Below are positions 47,346 through 57,947 of a DNA stretch of 60,000 nt, piece after piece (position 1 is the stretch's first letter; every line of letters starts with the position of its first letter). Location: the NCBI RefSeq assembly GCF_037042905.1, contig NC_087251.1, positions 47,060,001-47,120,000 of the forward strand, given 5' to 3'. The DNA comes from Lytechinus pictus (Eukaryota). Below the pieces are notes generated by a model. The model searched no databases and was not told the origin of the DNA. It saw nothing but the letters and a program-made list of their open reading frames with translations. Both the position numbers and the translations under genes were made by a program.

Positions 47346-48974
47346 CAACAAGCCCCGCCCCTTTTCTACCAAACCCCCTTCCAAGCCGAGCCGTCACAGG
47401 TGACAGTACAGTATGCAGGGTCAGTGAGGAAACCTCAGTATTAAAATTCATTGTGTCCAACGAGAGAGTGAATCTGCATTCATCGATTGCATTATAATAG
47501 ATGCGATTATACAGAGATGGTATTCATGTCGTGATATTCCCATCAACACTTCAATATGGGGAGCAGTCCATGAAAACAAACAGTCCGTGCTTTTTACCGA
47601 CTTTTTACTTACAAGCTACTGAAATTCTTCCATCTGCTTCATTGGCTCAGAGTAAATTTGTCTTTGAAAATCACTGACAAACTTACTTAATTGTAAAACT
47701 TCGCTATGAATATTTGAAAACAAAAATATTAAATAATGCACAATAATATTTTTGTAGACTGGATCTCAAATCCACATTTTATTTTCATATGAACATGCTA
47801 GCTCTTGCTAATGCACATGCTGGGTTTGCAATCATTACCCCTCTCTATTTTTAAAAATAAGACAATTTTGAATAAGATAATAATGGGCTGAATATTTAAA
47901 TAGCCACTTCATGAGACAATTGAAATTCAGTCAAGATGGAACTCACCGAGTCCATCACTGATTTCAATTTTGGTGTTGGTGTTAAGCAACATAAACATGA
48001 GACATGACACGTAATGAGGCTGGTGTTAGTGTTGTCTCTCATGGGTCCATGGGTGATTAGTGCAGTCTACTGTGCTCTTGTGAAAATAGATTTTACAAAA
48101 TCAAACATTCCAGCACTGCATCATCATTTTACGTCAGAAAAATAGGAATTGAACTCCAGTTTGAAGTACTATGGAAAAGAAGTGGGATGTCTAAGATTAA
48201 TGTTGATTAATCTTGATTCATCAGATATGAGCAAGACAATGCTGCTGTTTTTTACAGCATTCATTTCATACATGTTTATGCAAGTCCCTCTTTCGGCTAC
48301 TTGTTTTTCACAACATTGGAACATTCAGCTTGTCAATTAAACTCTCATGCACTTTCTGTATTGGGGTAAATAATGAATAATTCTTATTTCTTTAATTCCA
48401 TAGACTGAGCTACATATTACATGAAAATCATATAATCTAACATGAGTAGATTTATTTCAAATAAGTTGAGAGGACCAACAAATTTGCATTTTACAGTCAA
48501 TGGTTTATATCTACATTTTCTCATAAAAGCCATCAGATAGGTGACATCTGTTTATCATAATTCACTTTAAACTACCAATCTGAAGTTAGGTATACCGAAC
48601 CATATCTTTTGTTCTGCGCTTTCATTGTGTAATGATGAGGTATAGAATTGTAAAGGGTACTGCATATCCTTGTGCATCAATGCTACAAATGCTAGTTTAG
48701 TGACAATGACCCATGCATAAGCCTATCCCTTATTTAATTTGATTTGAATGAGGATTTAATGTTTGTTGAGAGACAAAGTGAACTGATTGCATGGTGTGCT
48801 TCCATGATTGTGCCACCGTCACACTGGCGAAACCCAACTCCTGACCACCACAGGATATTAATTGTGTAATTATCAATGGATACAATTTGGTCGGTGTGAC
48901 TGTAGCCAGACTGCTGAGTGATCCACCTAGTGGCTTTGATTAGCATCTTGTCTTTGTCTTGTTATAAATTCAGT

Positions 48975-49403
48975 AGGCGTGTTCAGACCGCCTTGAAGTT
49001 CGAGAATACCAGGTTTTCTCAGATTGGGACATTTACCCTGATCTACCTCGAACAGAATATACCAGGTATTTTTGCCAATGTGAAGGCAAATTTAAGTGTA
49101 ATATCCCTGAAAGAAAAATACCTGCTAAATAGTAGGTACTTTGCTGAAATTACAATAATTTTCATAGGGATTTTCCAGGGTCGTAGGTGTTTTGGCAGTG
49201 TGAAAGCAAATTGCGAGAAGTTGGGGGAAGGTGCTGTGGGCTGCTAATCTGACCATACTGCGCATACTTAAAACTTTCCCTCAACACGAAACGGTCTGCT
49301 TTGGGTTGGTGTGAATGCAGAAAATAATTATCGGGTTCGTTGAGGGCTGAACAAATGCTTGTAATTTAACAGGTATACGAGTCGAGGCGGTCTGAATACA
49401 CTT
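48975..49403. mobile_element. Harbinger-like MITE downstream of the ARID4 stop codon
   Basis: TIR AGGCGTGTTCAGACCGCCT / AGGCGGTCTGAATACACTT. Confidence 0.75.
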
Positions 49404-49684
49404 ATTGTGTGTTTTCTTTGCACCATGTCAAGGAGTTTTCGCTACACTACACACGAAAGCATGTGCACTAGAATGAAAGCAAAGTGCCTCCTTAATTGTG
49501 CCAAAAATGACGTGGATTTCACAGGAGATGGTCCATTCTTCCAGTTTTAAATGTAATAATTAATATCGGAAAATTTATGCTGTTTTGAAATGAAATACTA
49601 GAGTTAGGTGAACTGTCCTACTGATGTGTAAGACGTTGTCCCCAGTTTTCACTAAGAGTTGAGATTGGTCCAATCAATCATGAA

Positions 49685-50039
49685 GGCCTGAATTCACAAA
49701 GGTGGTTTTTAAAACCATCGGTTGAACCCATGATTTATGCAGATTTCCTGTATAAATTACGCTTATTTACTGCGCATATTAAAAAATGTCCAATGCTTAT
49801 GCGCGCATTAGTCACAGTGCATCAAATTGATGGACTCATCAAGAACTAAGTGGACTCATGAATAAAATATAGTACTTAACCCTGGCAACATGCCTCAATT
49901 TGGGGCACTGTGACAAAAGCGCGCATCAGCATTAGATATTCTTGATATGCGCGGTTAATGAGCGTAATTTATACAGGAAATCTGCATAAACCATGGGTTC
50001 AACCAATGGGCTTAAAAACCACCTTTGTGAATTTGGACC
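49685..50039. mobile_element. Foldback MITE (about 355 bp)
   Basis: The arm AATTCACAAAGGTGGTTTTTAA...GATTTCCTGTATAAATTACGC has its reverse complement at 49900-50039. Confidence 0.85.
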
Positions 50040-52659
50040 AAAGAGTTGTGATTGGTCCAATCAATCACAACTACGAAGAGCGGGCAAGGCTGACATCTAG
50101 AATACATACATCTGCTTAAATAAGATGTTTGCCCATACGTGCATCATTGTCTTCAATACAAAACTGTGTTTCCAAAAGGAATTCATACTGTACATATGAA
50201 GAATTTTGACACCCAACGATGGGATTTCTGGATATGAGATTGATAGGATGAATCGCAGCTCTTTGTGAAACCGGGCCCTGATGAGGTTTGTTATGCTGTT
50301 GTAATTACTATGTGCTGCAAGTCAGAGTAGTATGTGAAGTTTTGAAGTGAATTTATAGTGGGAATACAGTATGCAATTAAATAAATGTAAGCATTGTTTA
50401 GTGAATGTAGATGATACAGAAAAATAATGGATTTTACAATATGCTCTGATTAATTTTATATTACAGTTTTGTGTTAAATTAGTTTCGTTTGCAAAGATAT
50501 GGACTTGGTGAACCACCAATTTTTGTTGAATGTAACTTACATGGCAACCTGCAATTTAACGCAATCAAAGTTTTGATATTAATGAAAAGGTGCATTAATT
50601 AGGGATGTGGGCAAAGTGGAGGCGATAATGAGTAACTTTATTACTGTAATTAGATATGTGGAATGATTAGATCAATTGTGACTCGAACTAGCAATGAAAT
50701 ACCAATTTGAAAGCATTGAAATATAAGCAAGTGATTTTTGTTGATTTTGCCTTTTTATTTTTCGACTGAATGAACCCATACATATGAAATTAAATTCTCC
50801 TTCCCTCATTTAGTGAATATACCCATACATAAGATATTAAATTCTCCTTCCCTATTTGTGCATTCTTTTCCCCTGTTGACACCGTTTCTTTCTTTTGTTT
50901 TTAATTATTTTCTTTACTTTGTACTTTCCTCTTATAGTCAAATCCTTTCATTGATACCCCGTGCATTCCTTTGATAAAAATTTTTTCAATCTCTTTTAGG
51001 TATTTGTCATGAAAACATGCACTGGATTCTGGGAAGTAAATGGAATAAATGATATTAAAACATTTTTTTAAACAGTTCTTAGTGATCAGATTAGCAGATT
51101 ATTCACGTTTTTTTTTTTATAGATATCCAGCATACATCACAAAATTTAATATTTTTAAAAGCATTCATAACAAGAGACCTCCACACAAACTTTGTTGTAT
51201 GTTTGTGTGCGTGTTACTATGTATGTGTGTGCTTTTTGCCTGACTTTGCCAAATATGACTTAAAGGGTGATAGAAAAGCTTTTTTTTTTCTCTCTAAAAA
51301 TTTTGATGAATTTGTGAAGTACGTCCTATCTTGAGAAGAGAGCTTCAGGCCTGCCAAATAGTATTTATTTTGCGTCAACTGAAGGAAATATTGATGAATT
51401 TTATCAAGTATGTTGTACATGTACAAAGTTTCATGTGAAAAAGGCATGATTTGTTCATTGGCATTGCTGCTGTAACTATGTTTTAAAATGTACAAGATAT
51501 CCATGAGTTTGATTTATCAATTTTTTGAATATTTTCTCATTCAGATATGAATTAAGTGCAAGAGTGTATTGTCACGCATCAAAGGAATATAGAGAGCTTT
51601 TGTTATTTTTTTTCTGTATGTTATGTTACATTGACTGTAGAGAAACATATTCCCCGAAATCATATATTGTGGCATTATTTGTCTGGTTTTTATTAAATAT
51701 GACAGTAATGACAAGATTGGTATTTTTTACACAATGCAACCTGCGAAATTGAAATTAACTTATACGTGTAAATTTCCCTGTTTATAAATATAATTGTGTT
51801 TTTTTTTCTGCATGTAAATTTTCAATAAATTCTTGAAATACTTTTAGGTGTTGGCAGGTCGCTGGCAATAATGAATATTCTTACGTGTTAAGTTGATTTA
51901 TGTATAGATTGAATTTTTGAATGCATTGTATAGCTGTACAAATAGAATATTATGCATAAATTGTAAATGTAAGTGAATGTATTGTTTATTATGTATGTGA
52001 ACATAATATATTCCATATTATGTAAAGAGAAGAAATTTATTCCTTCGGCTAGTATTCACTTTTATTGAATATTGAAACAATCAGCCAAATTCAAAAAGAA
52101 AAAAAAATAGTGGAGATTATGATTTCATTTGAAAGACTATATTTTTTACCAAATAAAACGAAATTCAGAAAGTTGAATAAATAGGGAAAAAAAATCAATT
52201 TTTGAATGAAATTATATAAGATTATATATGTATTTTAAGTCATTCCATTATGGCACAATGAAGTTGGTACAATACATTGGGTGATTTGTTGCATGTTTCC
52301 CAAAATTTGTTTAGAATTGCATTCAAGGTACTATCTTGGCGAGCTGTGTGGTTTTGGAGAGGCAGGTTGTTAACAGGGTTTATGTCGGCAAATAAGTTCA
52401 GCAATCACTTGGGAACTTCTTGAAATATTTTATCTCTGTTTTTCATTTCATATGAAAACTCATGATCTTTGTTAATCAGGGCTTGAGCTGTTGAAAAGTT
52501 TGTGTAAGATGTACAAAAGTGTTTATCATCTTATGGAATTGCCCAGTCAACTATTGTGTATGACACATTACACATATATCCCCATGCAGTTGGGATCGAA
52601 AGAAATGAACGAGGGGATTGGTTTACAGAGTCCAGTTTGTTAGTACTCGGAAGACCCAA

Positions 52660-52963
52660 TGGCCCGTATTCTGAAGTCAGGGTTACTTCAAAACTCTGGT
52701 CTAAACTTGTGGTTTAACTATGGATAGCCAATTGTGACATAAGTCTAGAACAGTAAAGGTTCAAGTTATCATCTCAATGACACTCACAATCATTCTTAAC
52801 TGTTTGGGAAGTATAAGTAAGATAGTTGTCTTCACCATTTAACAATTGGGAAAGACTAATGTTAACATAAATTTAAACCAAATTTTTACGTTTTTGGCTC
52901 CCCATAATTTTGCACAGAGTTAGACCATGGTCTATGTTAAACTGGACTTTAGAATATGGGCCA
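52660..52963. mobile_element. MITE (TGGCCCGTATTCTGAAGTC / GACTTTAGAATATGGGCCA)
   Basis: Imperfect TIRs of about 40 bp. Confidence 0.7.
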
Positions 52964-53024
52964 AAAACTCAATGATGAACTATGATTTACCCTTTCCATC
53001 CACTTCATAAGTCCATATCACCTA

Positions 53025-53217
53025 GGGGGTGTTGCAAGAAATCTTTTGCAATCAATTGCAAAAGTGATAGATTACTTTCAACTAAAGCAAATCAGTTAAA
53101 ATTTGTTGATGTAAGGAGCAGACCTTCAATCAATTGCAATGAAATGTATGTCTTTCAATTGATTTTAGGACCTGAAATTGACTTGTGATCAATCCCAAGT
53201 TTCTTGCAACATCCCCA
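53025..53217. mobile_element. About 190-bp MITE sharing TIRs with the Harbinger-like element
   Basis: GGGGGTGTTGCAAGAAA / TTTCTTGCAACATCCCCA; inverted homolog of 32517-32714. Confidence 0.75.
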
Positions 53218-56200
53218 TTAGACTTGGTTCTACATTCCTGTTGCTATAACTCCTGCAGAGTAGTTCATTATCCCTACTAACATGGATGTTGGTTGAGCCA
53301 ACCATGAATTGCACAAGTTCGTCATTACCTCGATAGTAGCGAACCCAAATGGTAACCCGTTGCCTCCAAGGTTCTGTAAATCACATAGAATCGATACAGG
53401 GCACATTTGGTTCCTGTAGGCAATGGGTTAACAGAAAGCCTGAGAAGTACCATTGAGAATATTAAAATGACTATTTGGTTTCATAAAAGATGTGCTCTTT
53501 GTGGGTCAATTCACCAATACTAAACAAATAAATGATTATCAAATTCATCAATGGTTCTCAAGATTGGTAGGTTTTAAAATTCATTACAGATCAACTCGTC
53601 ATGACTGTATACAGAGTCTACCAAATGGCTTGAGTAAAAATATTCAGGGGGTATATTTAGGACAATCTTACCCTAAAAATTCAATTTTTCTTATATCATT
53701 TTTTAAAAGCAAATGATGGTCCCTCTCCATTCTTTGAGAAGCATTCATGTGTAGATATGTAGATTACAATGTGTGGGTTTTAGTAGAATGACTATCTCAT
53801 CATCAACCTTTTTTTTCTCGCATACTAGTTTAGTCGCTCTTTTCCTTTTCTGCTTTCTCTATCAACGTGGATGTGATTCAGTTTTATGCTCACAATCCAA
53901 TAAAATCTTGCCTTCTAGATTTTGAAGAAAATATTCCAGTGATATGAGTGGTTAATTATTTATTTATTGTCTTTGTATTTTGTGATTAAGTGGACAGTAC
54001 AGGGTCCTGTGACATAGAGCTTAGCAATTGATCATAAGCCTGCTTTTAAGATTGATTATACACAATAGTCAATGTAATCAATCATAGATATCAGCCACAT
54101 GATCAAATGCTAAGGTTTGTGATACAGGAACCTGCTGTGAGAAGGTTGAAAGCATAACATTTAAAGTTTCATCTAAATTGAATGTAAAAGAAGAAGAACA
54201 TTTTTAAGTTTCACTTAGGTCACAACATGAAACTGAAATGATGAATATAGATAATATAATCCCCACCAAATGTATGTTCAATAGAATACCCATTTCTAAA
54301 ACATGTGGACACACGAACCAGTATAAAGTAAAATAGAATCATCTTACTCATCATTAAAGAAATGAAATATAACATGCACATATCCAGTATTTTATTCATT
54401 CAATTACATTGATATTCTTTACAAAGAAACAGCGTAATAAAATCCAATTCATGAATTAAAGGAAATACAGTGAGGATGTCTTTAAAAGTAAAGAATATGA
54501 AAAGGATCGATATTGAGGAGAAATAAGTATCAATTAATGCTCTTAAAAAACTAACTAGTTTCGTCTGTTCCTGTTGATGTAACTTCCGTAGGGTATCATA
54601 AAGGTTTAAACAATGAAGTAAAGAAAGATAAGTGATGTGTATATGAGAAACATATAACTCAATCATTTTTTCTTAATATATATATATATATATATACAAC
54701 TGAATGCATCCGAAGTTCACTAGTTTGATCGGATATTCAGTTAACTGAAATAAATTAAAGGTGAGTCCACCAATATAATGTTTATAACAAGAGATGGCGC
54801 TATGCCACTTATGTCCACGGTGTTTGACCACAAGAGTTACATATCCCTTTACACTTGTATCAACGACGATGCTGACGCGAATTTTTATATTAAGGAGAAA
54901 AGAGAATAGATGGAGGAAGATAAATATTACTTACAATGGTGATAGTGAGAAAAGGAAAGTGTTGAAAACCCTTGAATCTCTATCACATAGTGATTAGGCG
55001 TATATCCACTCCAATAACATACACATGAAAACTAAAGGGCAATTCCATAAAATATGTATGTCCGACCCCCTATTGGTGGGACTTTAATGAAATTTGTTCT
55101 TTCTTGTTCTTTTTCAAAGATTGTTCTTTTGAACAATGAATGAATGCTCTCAAATGACCATGACGTGGTCAGTCTATGAAAGAAAATAAAACTTGAGAAA
55201 AATGGGGGTCGGACGTTAAAAAAGGATGACTATTTTATGCCCTAAATTTAATTGCCCTTAAGAATATGCCTAAAATATAGTCATCTGAAGTACAATAATG
55301 TAATGTTTTTGTTCGTGAAGTTTGTCCAGAATATCGGTAAAAGAGAAGTACTAGTAAATGGGATCAAGTACATACATTTTTCTTGAAGAAAAGAAATACA
55401 TTAATATATGTGAACATTGATGAGTTATAAGTCAAATAATTATCTTTTTTTCAACAATAGGAATGAACAAAAATATACAAATGAATTCGTTGTACATCTA
55501 AGCTATAATCAAGCAGTTATATTAAAATATGAATTTCAGGAAAGTTAAATACTTAATAATACTTGAATACTCACAATACTAGTAGAGTAATCTTTTCAAC
55601 AAGAGGTGGTGCTTTTTAAGTTTAGTTCATGAAATTTGTTGACATAGGTTTCACAGGCCTAATTCATTTCCCATAGACTCGTGTGTTAAAGTGGTACTTA
55701 AAACAAATTCATAAAAAATAAGGAGGAATTTCGAGGGTTGAATGTTTACTACCAGTGGACAGGATATATGTCTGACATTCCATATCTGACCAGAAAAAGG
55801 GTACCTCGACCGGCTCATTTTAAAAATAAATCAGCATTTAAAGCCATTTATGAAGACTACACCTGACAGGATCAAATTCATCACTTCAGAGAGTAAAATG
55901 GCCCTAATTCTTCCGCCAGTAAAACAAGAGTTCCAAGGTAGTGATATATCCTTCCAATTACTTTGGAAAAAGGAAGTTCAGTAGGTACCCTCCCTAGAAT
56001 ATATTCATTCATTTTTGCCATCAGCAATATCAAATTTGAAAATTGAGAATGGGTTGGCTCGAATAAATATCTTTGGCCTGTCAGTTGTAGTTAGGCCCGT
56101 GCAACCAGAAGGGTCAACTTTTCAGAAAATAATACAATTCGTTGGTCACACAGCTATCCAGTGACGATGGCGATGATAGTAGAATATAGTTTAATCGATA

Positions 56201-56844
56201 CGAGGAGAACGAGAAGATATTCAGTTTTCTGACGCAAGGCGGCCCAATATGCCACATAATATATTTATGACCTTTGTCCCCCAAAAGTCCGATATAATGA
56301 TGATAATGGGAACAGAAAATGAGAAGCCCGGATGAGAAGAAAGAGGGCGAAGATAACTGTTAAAACGATGAAATCCTTTGAATTTCTCTTAAACAGCAAT
56401 TAACCAGTTACTGCAATAACGTATTTTAAAAAGGTAATTCATATTCTCACTCAGCCGAATATGGCTCCATTTACATGAATCGTTGATTTTCGTAAATGAA
56501 CTTAATTTCTTTGTTGTTACTGCATTTTTCTTCAGAATCATAAGGCCGTAATTTTAGCATAAAAGGAAGGAGGATATTGCACACTCTAACAAATCATGTA
56601 CCACAGAGTCCGAATAAAAACTCGCCTCTTTACATAATTTAGGTCTATGACATATGAGTTTCTTTGAAATTAAGTCATTGTGTTTTTTAAGTATTATAAT
56701 TACTGCTTTACTATCCCCATTATCAATATTAAAAAATATATTCGTACTCTATACTTTATGCGCCATTTTTTGTTACCTTTGAATTTTACCAAATATGTTA
56801 TTTTCTATTTTTTATATTTACTGTCTTAAAGCCTTTTGTAATGC

Positions 56845-57001
56845 TACAGTCACATGACCTCTTCGGCGGCCGTACGGCGAATCGAAAACGGCCGTTTTAT
56901 TCGTTTTTATTTAAACCACGTACATAAAGCTGGTACAAAAAAATGTTAAAACAGCTGTTTTCGACTCGCCGTGCGGCCACCGTAGGGGAAATGTCACTGC
57001 G
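56845..57001. mobile_element. About 155-bp MITE, same family as 17434-17590
   Basis: CAGTCACAT..CGGCGGCCGTACGGCGAATCGAAAAC / GTTTTCGACTCGCCGTGCGGCCACCG..ATGTCACTG. Confidence 0.75.
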
Positions 57002-57947
57002 TCATCATTTAAGTGTGATGAGATGATATTCTTACTTTTATTATTTGATTCAGCTGTGTAGGCTACTTTTCCTTCCCCATAAAAAGAGGGAATATGAAGG
57101 TTTGAGAGTCAAAGATTTTAGCCGTTTTCTTTCTTTATTATCATTGTAATAAGTATTTGATATCTTCTTCGTCCTCCGAAGAAGAAGACTATGGAAATCT
57201 TATCTTTGGGCATACTGGATAACATTACGTAATTGCAAATTATCCAAGCACTCACTAAGAGCATAACTTTTACTGACTTGAGCCCCTTTAAATAAAATAC
57301 TTGCACATTACGATACAAAAATGTGACAGAGCGTTTTGCGGTAAAAATCAAATATCATGAACATAATTTATGAACCTCAAAAATAAGCCTAAATTAGTAG
57401 GCTAGGTAAATGATTTCTTGACCCATAATAATTTTTTTGCAAGTATTTGTGGTCTATAACTCAATTAAAGTCAGTAGCGTAATAAGCCAAAAAAAAAAAC
57501 GAGAGGGTAGCCTATGGGGCAAAATTTATTTTGAGAAATACCCTTTATATAAAAATCTATTATTTGGGATAGATTTTGACTGCAGAAAAAAAAAATCACA
57601 TTTCACACCCTTTCCTTTCATATTGATTCCTTTACATTCCTCCTTGTTTTTTTCTCAGTTATAAAAACTTTTGGGGTCCGTGCCCCCCTCCATAATATAC
57701 GCCGATGTACCTATTTGCTTTCTCACTCACCTTATCATTCAAAACCAATCAAAGAATAAGAAAAGTCTGATGATTCATATTTACAATACATGTATTTTCA
57801 TTTATTTACATTATTCAGGCACTATTATCAACATATTGTTCTAGCCCAAACAACAAAATAGTTTTCTCCACCATATCCGACCCCTCCTATGTTCATCACT
57901 TTTGACTGATGAATCCAGATCTGTTTACTTATTTATTTATTGACCCA

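Noticed and set aside
50775..50853. Short direct duplication ACCCATACATA..ATTAAATTCTCCTTCCCT
   Set aside because: A two-copy local duplication with no further structure; unremarkable.
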